From assembly GCA_951406725.2 (NCBI GenBank), contig OX597826.1:11036001-11100000 (forward strand): 64,000 nucleotides of DNA. The letters are read 5' to 3'. Below, piece by piece: positions 52,369 through 64,000 of this stretch. Position numbers and translations under genes: made by a program. Position 1 is the stretch's first letter. Each line of letters begins with the position of its first letter. Below the pieces are notes generated by a model. The model was not told the DNA's origin, searched no databases, and worked only from the letters and a program-made list of their open reading frames with translations. Source of the stretch: Octopus vulgaris (taxonomy: Eukaryota).

Positions 52369-52786
52369 AGATGCTCAGCATTCCACGGACACATGATCCC
52401 TCCGGCAGAAACAGCGTGATTCCGTACATTCCATCCGACAGGCATTCTGAACAGTTTTCATATATCCTATTTTACTCACAAGATATATAGACCGTCCCGA
52501 GACTATAGAAAATTGCATTTTTATTATTAGGATGCCAAACAGTGAGATCGAACCCGAGAGCACGTGGTCGCGAAGTGCACGTCTTAACAATTTGCCATAC
52601 TACTCTAATGTAACTAAGGATTGTAGGAAATTTTGCCATAAAAATTTTTGCCATACGAAACTTGGTTCTAAATGACTTCATCACGTTTTGTTTTTAATGT
52701 TTGATATTGAATAAAGGCCCACCTATTCAATGCTTTTATGAAAACCTTTTACCATTCTTTCTAGTTCGTATTTTAAAAACTGCTGA

Positions 52787-52918
52787 CAGGAGTGGCTGTG
52801 TGGTAAGTAGCTTGTTTACCAACCACATGGTTCCGGGTTCAGTCCCACTGCGTGGCCTCAGGCCGACCAAAGCCTTGTGAGTGGATTTGGTAGATGGAAA
52901 CTGAAAAGAAGCCCGTCG

Positions 52919-52949
<31 letters not shown>

Positions 52950-53160
52950 ATGTGTGTTTGTGTGTCTGTGTTTGTCCCGCTAGCATTGCTTGACAACCGA
53001 TGCTGGTGTGTTTATGTCCCCCGTTACTTAGCGGTTCGGCGAAAAGAGACCGATAGAATAAGTACTGGGCTTACAAAGAATAAGTCCCGGGGTCGAGTTG
53101 CTTGATTAAAGGCGGTGCTCCAGCATGGCCGCAGTCAAAATGACTGAAACAAGTAAAAAA
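52787..53160 (+). mobile_element. SINE family A
   Basis: Head, internal TA tract, tail and poly-A. Confidence 0.85.
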
Positions 53161-53399
53161 AAAAAAAAAAATACTCTTTATCATTGTCCGTAGGGCAAAT
53201 TTGTCTCACAGCGGTTTTCCTATACGAAATTTCTTACTGTGGACTTTCCGGACATGGTAACGAAGTCACCAGGTGTGTATGCAATGAGATAAGGAAACGA
53301 TGCAATTATTGTTAAAGGTATTGTGAGATCTGATTAAACCAAGGAGATTATGTTTCCATGGCTGATACCATCTGTCGCTCGCAGCTCTCGACAGAAGTG

Positions 53400-54840
53400 T
53401 CACCTGCTATTTTCATTTTACCAGTATCGAGAGGTAGGATTTGAACTTAGGACGCGAAGAGCCGCAAACAGATTTCGCAACACATGACATCTGATGTTCT
53501 AACAATTCAGCTAATCCGCTAAACTGGCTTGGTATTTATTTATCGACCCCGAAATAATTTCTGATTTAGGCACAAGGCTAGCTGGTTTTTTTTAGGAGAA
53601 TGTTTAGTCAACTGCATCAACGTCAGTACTTGAATGGTACTCTATTTTTTGCAGTAATTGTTTTTGTTTTTCGGTAATTTCAACATAGGAGTGATGAAAG
53701 GCAAAAGTTGACCTCGGCGGTGTTAGAACTCAGCACGCAGTCATGGGACAGATGCTGCAATGTACTTTTTCCGATGCTCTAACGATTCTTTCAAGTCCCC
53801 GCCAATTCAACGACCTCGAAATAATTGTTTCAAATTTTAGCATAAGACCAGCATATTTAAGGGAGTGGGTGTTAGTCGATTACATTGACCCCAGTACTTG
53901 ACTTGTGCTTATTCTATCGACCCCGAAAAGATGAAAGGCAAAACCAACCGCGGGCGATTTGAACTCAGTGTGTTGGAAGAAACGTTGCTGATCATTTTAT
54001 TTGTCACGCTAACGATTCTTATTTCTTTATTGCCTACAAGGGGCTAAACATAGAGGGGACAAACAAGGACAGACAAAGAGATTAAGTCGATGACATCGAC
54101 ACCAGTGCATAACTGGTACTTAATCTATCGACCCCGAAAGGATGAAAGGCAAAGTCGACCTCGGCGGAATTTGAACTCAGAACGTAACGGCAGAGGAAAT
54201 ACCTATTTCTTTATTACCCACAAGGGGCTAAACACAGAGAGGACAAAAATGGACAAACAAAGGGATTAAGTCGCTTATATCGACCCCAGTGCGTAACTGG
54301 TACTTTATTTATCGACCCCGAAAGGATGAAAGGCAAAGTCGACCTCGGCGGAATTTGAACTCAGAACGTAGCGGCAGCGAAATACCTATTTCTTTACTAC
54401 CCACAAGGGGCTGAACACAGAGAGGACAAACAAGGACAGACAAACGGATTAAGTCGATTACATCAACCCCAGTGCATAACTGGTACTTAATTTATCGACC
54501 CCGAAAGGATGAAAGGTAAAGTCGACCTCGGCGGAATTTGAGCTCAGAATGTAACGGCAGAGGAAATGCCGCTAAGCATTTCGCCCCGCGTGGTAACGAT
54601 TCTGCCAACTCACCGCCTTAAAGAACCCGAAAAAATCTTTTCTACTAAAGGTATAAGCCTAAAATTTGTGGGGAGGGGGTTAATGAATTGCATCGATCCC
54701 AGTGTTTAACTGATACTTATTTTATCAATCCCGAAAGAACGAAATGCAAAATCTACCTCGGCAAAATTTGAGCTCAAAACATAAAGAGAGCTGGAACAGT
54801 TACCACAAACTTCTGTTTGATTCTCTTACGACTCAGCTAC
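53400..54840 (-). mobile_element. Cluster of co-oriented family B SINEs including a trimer at ~54018-54618
   Basis: Old diverged and young copies stacked head to tail. Confidence 0.8.
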
Positions 54841-55772
54841 TCCCCACCCACTTCAAGCTAAACAACGAACATCGTTCGATATATAACAAAACGTTATGAA
54901 AACTATCTGCTCACTAAGTTGATGACCTGGTTTAATCTTCAGAACATAAGTCTACCTAGTAGAAGTTGTTTCAGCTCTTTGAGTTCAAACCACACCAAGG
55001 CTGAACTTAGCTTTTTATCGAACCATTTAGTTCCGGATCAGAGCGTTGAATCTACGGAATTATAAGAAGGGCGAGTGAAATACTTTGCTGTACATGTTCG
55101 AGCTCTGAGTGTTTTGAGTTCAAATCCCAATTCTTGTTTCTGAGATGGTGATGGGACCCCCGCCTCCGCAAAAAAAAACTATTTCTGTGAATAGTGTGTG
55201 ATAATTGTTCCAGCTATCTATGCTTTGAGTTCAAATCATGGCGAAGGCCAACTTTTGCTTTCATTATTTCTGGGATGTTAAGACAGCTGGCAGAATCGTT
55301 AGGACGCCGGCCAAAATGTTTAAGAGAATGGGGTTATTCGATTGCATCGAATTCAGTACTTTATTGATATTTATTTTATCGTCCCGACAAGACGAAAATC
55401 AGCAAATGTAAAAACCAATGGAAACACAGTTTCCATCGTTCGATTGAAAATCGACTGTGATGATGATAAAAATGGTGATGTGCAAGATCCAGAGTTAGAA
55501 ATACAAGCAGACAACGCTCCTGATAGCAGCCTCTGCTTCTTATTCCTGTAACAAACAAGGACTTTACTTTGGATAATGAGTATCTAAAGACATTATACCT
55601 GAAAATAAAGAGACAGCCGTCATGGGTAAACGAGTGTGACTAGGTCACGTGTACTATGTTCCCACCAATTGTTTTAGGTGTCTGTGTAGTTGCGAGAAGG
55701 TATAAAGGAATAGACATCCTCCCAATTCTCTTGCACTTTACTCCCAGCTGCATATGCAAAGTGTGACAGCTG

Positions 55773-55812
<40 letters not shown>

Positions 55813-57121
55813 GAGAGAAAGAGGGAGAGAGAGGGAGAGAGAAAGAGAGGAGGGTGTGGGGGCTGCATCAGTATACAGCTGTTACTCCTGAGTAGACGTG
55901 AAATGAAGTCTTTGCCCATGGAGACAAAGCGCCCACCGGTACAGGAATTGAACCCACAAGGTTAAGGCCGTGAGTCGAACAATCTAGCCACTAGGCCTCT
56001 TCCGTTTCTGCTTACATGAAAGCGTGTTAACTCTGAAAATAGAAAGACTGGATGGTCATACCAGAAGACTTTAGATAATCACAGGCGGGAGAAACAACAA
56101 CAGCAAGTGGTGGCGGAGGATCGCGGTTTCGATTCCCAGACCGGGCGTTGTGTGTTTATTGAGCGAAAACACCTAAAGCTCCACGAGGCTCCGGCAGGGG
56201 GTGGTGGCGACCCCTGTTGTACTCTCTCGCTCCAACTTTCTCTCACTCTTTCTTGTCCCCGACTTCCTACGCAACCGCTAAGCCTGGATGCGCATTCATC
56301 CATCCATCGATGCTCTCGGTGTCGGGGGTTGACCTGCTCTCTCTTCTGCGGGTCTTACGAATAGCAAAGGACCACGTTTCGGACTTCTCCCATCTTGCGA
56401 GCTCTGGGACGAAGACCGTTCGCTCAACAGCAACAACAACAGCAACAACAACGACGACGACGATAATGACAACGTGAGAAATAATGGTGCCAAAGAGGCA
56501 GCTTTTATCTGGCCGCCTAAACTGTTAGATATAGCAGCCAGATTTCCCTTAAATCACATTCTACTTTCTTGAAGAAAAATGGTACTGAAGACTACCTTGG
56601 ATGATGTAGTTCTACTTATAGCAGCAACAAAGAGCAGTAGCAAGGATAAGAACATTACTAAGTAGTCGCTCGATTTACTAAAAATAGTAGCCAACTCTCT
56701 CTCAAAGTATACTTTGCTTTCTTAATAAGTAAAGACAGTATGAGATAACCTAGTTTTAGATGCACAAAATGAGAAGCTTTAACATCCCATCTCATACCCA
56801 AAAACCAGCCATTTTAGGATAATTGCTCTTCCATCTGAGATTATCTGCTCTCATGTGTTTATTTCCTCCCTGCCTGAGGTTACCGTGGTCTTTTCTGAAG
56901 GCTTTTCTTTCCACGGATGAACCTAATCTTGTTTGTTACTTTGAAAAAACAAATTTCTTTCTGTGATACACGATCCCTTTTGATTGCTTTTTTTTATACC
57001 CCGATCCCTTTTGATCGAAATTTTACATTTGTTTCCTTTTTTTTTTCTTTTTCCCTTTCCATCCTCGAAAAGAAAAGCTCTACATTTGTATTTGTCCCCT
57101 CTGTGTGGCCAATAAAGAAAG

Positions 57122-57194
<73 letters not shown>

Positions 57195-57238
57195 CATCCA
57201 TCCATCCATCCATCTTAGCATCCATCCATCCAACCATC

Positions 57239-57297
<59 letters not shown>

Positions 57298-57330
57298 CAT
57301 CCATCCATCCATCCATCCATCCATCCATCC

Positions 57331-57386
<56 letters not shown>

Positions 57387-57566
57387 GTATAAACATATAC
57401 ACGCGCATACACGTATGTAATAATAATAATAATAGTAATAATATGTATATGTATACAAAAGCATACACACACACACACACTCAGTAAACCAATGAATAGA
57501 TATAGGCTCACTGGAAATAAGGAAATCGGATGCGATTCAACTTTTGATCTATTACAGTTTCATGTC

Positions 57567-57616
<50 letters not shown>

Positions 57617-57649
57617 CTCTTTCTCTCTCTCTTTCTTTCTTTATTTTTC

Positions 57650-57684
<35 letters not shown>

Positions 57685-57689
57685 CTCTT

Positions 57690-57745
<56 letters not shown>

Positions 57746-58598
57746 TCCTTCGTTCTTTCTTTCTTTCTTTCTTTCTTAAAGTAGATAATAATTATGCGTA
57801 CTTTCCATTACAGCGACACTTGTAAACCAATAAATTACAGTTATTTCCTTACTGTAACAATTGCTGAAAATATAGACGCAAATGACGTTAGAGAGCATCA
57901 CAAAAGACGCCATGCAAAAAAAAAAAAGAGCTCGGCTGATTTCAGCACTTCCTTAACTCCGTCAAATAAAAATAACCACATAATTACATAAATGAACAAA
58001 AAAAAAAGTAAATAAACAGAAAAAAATATATACACACATGTATAAAATTTCGATACACTATTCGAAAATACCATTAATTTGATGAGAATTATTCAAAATA
58101 CATTGATGGTGAGTATACATAGCGACGCAGTAAATCAAAGTCAACGAGAGAATAGAAGCGAAGGGAAAAAATGCTATCAGTTTCTTTAAAATGGTTAGCG
58201 GTTCCCCAGGACAAATAATTTTTCGGTTATGGTAGGAACTTTCAATAGCGTTTGTATTCTTTTTTTCTTTAGTTTTTTTTTTTCTCAATTGTTCTGTTTT
58301 ATTTCTTGTTATTTGGTTTCTTGTTTGTTTTTTTCTTTAAAATAATAAATATTTGTATTTTATATATTCAGAGCAATTTCGATTTCCAATAAATAAGTAG
58401 AGAAAATGCTAATAAACTAACACAGAAATGAATAAATGAAGTTGATAAAATAAACAACTAAATATATAAATGAATAGGCAAATATTTTATTTGGTGCCGG
58501 TGGTGGTGGTGGTGGTGGTGGTGGTGGTGCCGGTGGTGGTGGTGAACATGTGTGTGTGTGTGTGTCTGTGTTATAATTCCATGAGATGCTAATCTGTT

Positions 58599-58662
<64 letters not shown>

Positions 58663-59733
58663 GTCGTGGTTGCTGCAGATGTCGTTTTTTAAATTTTGCT
58701 TTTTCTGTCTTCATCATCGATGTCATCGTTTCCTTCATTCAGTCATGTCCTCATCGCTATAAAAGAAATTCTTCTTCTTCTTCTTCTTCTTCTTCTTCTT
58801 CTTCTTCTTCTTCTTCTTCTTCTTCTTCTTCTTCTTCTTCTTCTTCTTCTTCTCGATGATCTGGTGTTTCTCTTGGTGGTCAGAAGGGGACTCGGCCTTG
58901 CAGCTTCCTTTCGGACTTTACTGAGAAAAGGCCTTTCTCTCACGGGTCCTGTTGGTTTTGAATTGCCCTTGATAATTCTATAACTTTGGGGTTTCTAATC
59001 TATGCAGGGTGTGTGGGCCCTACACAAACCCATTCTTACTTCCGAGAAGAGCTGGTCCATATTAGTCTGACCTCAAATCCTTTGACCTGTCCAGTATGGG
59101 AGATCCTACTGAAGGCTTGTACTCCTTGTATATCTTTCAGAACCATTGAGGCACACAGACTAGCACACACAAGAAAGACTGAATCGTTTAGTGAAAATCG
59201 CATTCAACTATTGTAAAATAAGAAGAAATACATATAACTAGTAGATACGCTAAATTCGAAAATAAAAGATAAAAGAATCACTATCTGAAAGATTTTGATC
59301 ATAGGTTTGCTCAACAATTATAGATACAAAAGAAAAAATACCCTTCAAGCACATCATCTTCCGAAAATATAAAACCATTTTGGGAGCATCAAGACAATCA
59401 GTTGATATAGTTGATGTAGGAACCAAACCCTCCACAAACCAAATCTATCTTCTTAAAAATAGACACATACAAACCTTAGGTACACTATGCTAGAAGAAAT
59501 GATGACTTGATGGTTACATTTGCAATATCTTTGACAAAAAAAATGAAGGACGAATTACATAATGGAGTCCTACATACACTATGCCTTAAAATAGAATGGA
59601 ATTATCATGACCTTGACCATTGGCCTGATCCAGCCGAGCAAACATCGGTTGAACAACAACAATATAGAATGAGACAGCCAGAATTTCATGAGTGATAGTA
59701 AAAGTAGTAATGGATGCAGTAGTCGTAGTAGTT

Positions 59734-59773
<40 letters not shown>

Positions 59774-59776
59774 CAG

Positions 59777-60201
59777 GGATCTTTTCGGTTTGAATGACAG
59801 TTTTTTCTAGCGGTGTCATATGAAATTGTCATCCATAATTATGACCCTAGTATCGATCTATTGCATTTCAATCTGTTTTAGGGTTAGGGGTGGGGGGAAG
59901 GGTATGTTTTTTACTTCACAAATGTAAATAAACCCAAGCTGTTTCTTAAACGAGGGACATATTCATACGGTACAGAATGTTTTTTTTTACCTCAATAGAC
60001 GTCATTGATTGGTTGAAATTGCAGAAATTGAAGAAAAAAAACAACAAATATCTTACAAACTATAGAATTTTCTCAATAAAGCCAAGAGAAAAAGATGTTT
60101 TATAAACACAATATATATATTCTACCAGTATACGAAGTTTAAAATTTTTTTAGTTACCTAGAAATTATTTTAAAAAACTGCTGGTCAAACCGAAAAGATA
60201 C
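59777..60201. mobile_element. TIR non-autonomous DNA element inserted in a (TAG)n tract
   Basis: GGATCTTTTCGGTTTGAATGACAGTTTTTT / AAAAAACTGCTGGTCAAACCGAAAAGATAC inverted termini; internal TTAGGGTTAGGG. Confidence 0.75.
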
Positions 60202-61427
60202 AGTAGCAGTAGTAGTGATAGTAGTACCAACATAAGTAGCAGCAGCAGCAGTAAGTAGTTGTAAGAAGTAGTAGAAGGAGGATGGGGAGGAGGAGGAAGA
60301 GGAGGAGGACGAGGTACAATAATGAACCCTGAGAGTGTTAAATGTAAGAAGAGTAGATGTTTCTGTAAAAGCATAGCTATTAGTCTTATCCATTGAGCTA
60401 GGGAGAAATACATCTGTTATAGCAGCGGTTCTGGGTTCGATTTCAATGCGCGGATCTTTGCTCGAGTCTCTTGCGCAATAGCCTTCGGTTGATCAATGCT
60501 CTATGATTGAAATTTAGCAGATGGAAACTACACGAAAACCCCTTGTTGAATAAAGCCTGCTGATTATATATACATATACACGCGCACACACACACATATA
60601 TGTATGCACATTATTCACACAAACATATACATACCCACACATACATACACACATACATACAAACACACATACATACATACATACATACATACATACATAC
60701 ATACATACATACATACATACATACATACATACATACATACATACATACATACATACATACATAGTCACACACACATACATACATAGTAACACACACACAC
60801 ATACACACATACATAGTCTCACACACACATACATACATAGTCTCACACACACATACGTACATAGTCACTCACACACATACATACATAGTCTCACACACAC
60901 ATACATACATACATAGACACACATACATACATACAAATATACATATATATTTGTACTGTTGTACGAGGATTAAAAGTTTATGTATGTGCTTGTGTGTGTG
61001 TGTATGTGTGTGTGTATGCACTATACTGCCAGCCTCTTAGATGTCCCACTGATATAACAAGTCTCTCTCTTTCTCTTTGCCCATCTCTCTACTCTCTTCT
61101 CTTCATCTTCCTTTTTATTTATTTCTTTATTTCTCTTTCTGTCTTTCTTTATATCTGTCTTTCTTTGTCTGTCGTGTTTTGTCCCATTAAATTTTTATTG
61201 AGTTATCAAATAATCTGTTAGAAACATATACATCGATGATCTAGACATTCGTCAAAGCTGGAATCGCAAAAACAAACGAGCAAAAAACAACGAAATAGAG
61301 GAAAAGCAAAGCACTCTCAACTATACTCGCTGTCCTCTATCTATCTCATACAATCCAACACCCGCCTTGCGAATCTCTAACTCCACCCCTCTCTTAATCG
61401 AATCCCTGTCATATCCAATCTCAAATA

Positions 61428-61955
61428 GGCGGCAAGCTGGCAGAATCGTTAGCACGCCGGGCAAAATGCTTAGCGGTATTTCGTCTGCGTTACGTTGTGA
61501 GTTCAAATTCCGCTGAGGTCGACTTTGCCTTTCATCCTTTCGAGGTCGATTAAATAAGTACCAGTTACGCACTGGGGTCGATATAATCCTCGCCCGTCTT
61601 TACGTTCTCAATTCGTCTTTGCTTTCATCCTGGAATCGATAAAATAAGTACCGGTTTAGCACTGGGGTCGATAGAATCGACTTACCTCCTCTCCTAAAAT
61701 AGCTGGCCTTGGGCCAAGATTTGAAACTAATATCGTTCAAGGAGCGAAATGGCAGAATCGTTAGCATCCCTGGCAAAATGCTTAGCAGCATTTTGTCTGT
61801 CTTTACATTCTGAGTTCAAATTCCGTCGAGGTCCACTTTGGCTTTCATCGTTTCGGGGGCGATAAAATAAGTACTAGTTTAGCACTGGGGTCGATATAAT
61901 CGACTTACTTCCTCCTTTGAAACTAATGCACTTGTTTCAAAATTTGAAACCAGTA
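61428..61955 (+). mobile_element. Cluster of family B SINEs
   Basis: Two heads, three bodies. Confidence 0.8.
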
Positions 61956-63128
61956 TTTAGTCTGAAGCATATATAGTATATGTGGAGGCGCGTGGCTTAG
62001 TGGTTAGGGTGTCAGCATCATGATCATAAAATTGTGGTTTCGATTCCTGGACCGGACAACACGTTGTGCTCTTGAACAAAACACTTCATTTCACGTTGCT
62101 CCAGTTCACTCAGCTGGCAAAAATGAGTAACGCTGCGATGGACTGGCGTCCCATCCAGCTGGGGAACACATACGCCACGGAAACCGGACAACCGGGCCCA
62201 TGAGCCTGGCTAGGCTTTAAAAGGGTGCATTTATTTATTTCTTTATATATAGTATATAACGTTTGTTGTAATAAAAGAGCAGATGTGGCGGTGGTAGTGG
62301 TGCAAGTAGTGGTTGTAGTGGCAATAGCAGAAGTGGTGGTAAGAGCAGTGGTTGTTGTTTCGTCTCAGTTTAGCTCTTATTAAGCAGACTTCTGATGAAA
62401 GCTTATCTAGTTTTGACCATTCCGTCATTTTTCTTTTTTAGTTTTGGGACTATATTGCCCAATCTGTTCTTTCCGTAGTCAAGACAGCAGGATGGCTACT
62501 ATTTCTAGCAGGTTGAGTGATCTCGTAGAGGTTGTCTCATTGGTTCGTAGTGGTGGCCGTAGTGCTGGTGATCATAATGTGTTTAGTGGCGAAAAGAAGT
62601 ATGATGATGATGTTGGTGATGGCGTTCATTATAGTTATTGCTGTTGCTGTTGAGCAAAGCAGTCTCCGTCCCAGAGCTCGCAAGATTGCGCCTCTGTAGT
62701 GGGAGAAGTCCGAAACGTGGTCCTTTGCTATTCGTAAGACCCGCAGAAGAGAAAGCAGGTCAACCCCCGACACCGAGAGCATCGACGGATGGGTGAATGC
62801 GCATCCAGGCTCAGCGGTTGCGTAGGAAGTCGGGGTGCTGTTGCTGTTAAGGTCTTGGTCAACCCTGATTGAGTAAAGCAAAAGATCAAAGACATTCTAG
62901 TTGTGAAGAGGAGATATCATTTATTTTTTATCCAATTCTAGAAAGGAGAGTATGAATTGAGGGAGAATGGACACTTATTTCGTAGTTGCTGTCTCGTTGG
63001 CTCGAAGAGTAAAGGGTGAAAAAGGGATGAGACGGTGTAAAGAAAAAAATTGCTTAACTCGCGAAGGAAGAGTGGAGAAGGATTAAGAAGGGAGATAAGA
63101 AGGGATTAGAATAATACGATATATATAT

Positions 63129-63203
<75 letters not shown>

Positions 63204-63210
63204 CATACAT

Positions 63211-63251
<41 letters not shown>

Positions 63252-63269
63252 ATATATATATATATAGTT

Positions 63270-63469
63270 AATCCAAACATGAAAATACAGAGAAAACAAA
63301 ACAACGTGAGGACGTGGAACGAATATAGTATTATTGGACGCTCAGGAAGAAAGGGAAGAAGGAGGGTTTAACGTTTCGAGCGGAGCTCTTCGTCAGAAAC
63401 ATAGGAAAAGGAAGGATCCAGAGAAGGGAAGACAGGAAAAAAATCGCCAACGGTACACACGCGGTCACA
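63270..63469 (-). mobile_element. Penelope-like 3' end carrying an intact minimal hammerhead
   Basis: Homologous to 5636-5841; runs into (TA)n at ~63250-63267. Confidence 0.75.
63366..63400 (-). ncRNA. Minimal type-I hammerhead ribozyme motif, intact core
   Basis: GTTT-CTGACGA-A-GAGC-TCC-GCTC-GAAAC-GT-T-AAAC: all conserved core bases, extra A after A9, palindromic ACGT stem III. Confidence 0.75.
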
Positions 63470-63709
63470 GAGAGAGAGAGAGAGAGGGAGAGGGAGAGGG
63501 AGAGGAAAAGAAGAGTATGTTACACATGCAAGAGAAATAAGAACAGCAGAGAAAGAGAAAGGGAGAGACAAGCAGAGATAGATAAATAAATAGATAGATA
63601 GACAGACAGAAAGATAGATAGATAGATAGATAGACAGATAGATAGACAGATAGATAGATAGACAGATGGATAGATAGACAGATAGATAGATAGACAGATG
63701 GATAGATAG

Positions 63710-63743
<34 letters not shown>

Positions 63744-63753
63744 CGAGAGTGGG

Positions 63754-63788
<35 letters not shown>

Positions 63789-64000
63789 AGTGGGGAGAGA
63801 GAGAGAAGGGGAAAGAGAAACAAAGAGAGAAAGGAAGACATAGAGGGCTGATAAAGATAGAAAGGCAGATTAATAGATTGATAGACAAATAAGTAGAGAC
63901 AGAGAGGAAGACAAGAAAGAGAGAGAAGGAGAGAGAAAGAGAGAAAGAAGAGAGAGAGAGAGAGCAAGAAGATAGAAAGAGAGAGAGAGAATAAGAAAAT

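Noticed and set aside
55376-55560. Possible minus-strand exon (tttgttacAG acceptor); similar isolated splice-like sites near 38670 and 38895
   Set aside because: No homology or consistent exon chain visible; needs RNA-seq

Overview
Eukaryotic, AT-rich, repeat-dense DNA. The SINE, microsatellite and elongase content points to an octopus genome (inference). There is one protein-coding gene: the last five coding exons of an ELOVL4-like very-long-chain fatty-acid elongase on + (1772-16433, clean GT/AG, HxxHH box, C-terminal HAKNH), whose 5' exons lie upstream of the window. The rest is mostly mobile DNA: several tRNA-derived SINE families (modular and multimeric), RTE, Tx1/L1, R4/Dong-like and Ty3/gypsy remnants, two Helitrons, Tc1/hAT/piggyBac-like MITEs, microsatellites and a ~2.05 kb tandem duplication. 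Nearly all long ORFs in the track are microsatellite or SINE artefacts. The most interesting signal is about eleven minimal type-I hammerhead-ribozyme motifs, mostly at Penelope-like element ends that run into (TA)n tracts. They include an intact-core sense copy inside an ELOVL4 intron, a copy with a compensatory G3:C8 swap of the catalytic core, a three-copy U6 core variant, and a cassette with a tRNA-like Pol III head upstream of the hammerhead. Ribozyme folds were read by eye and none has been tested.
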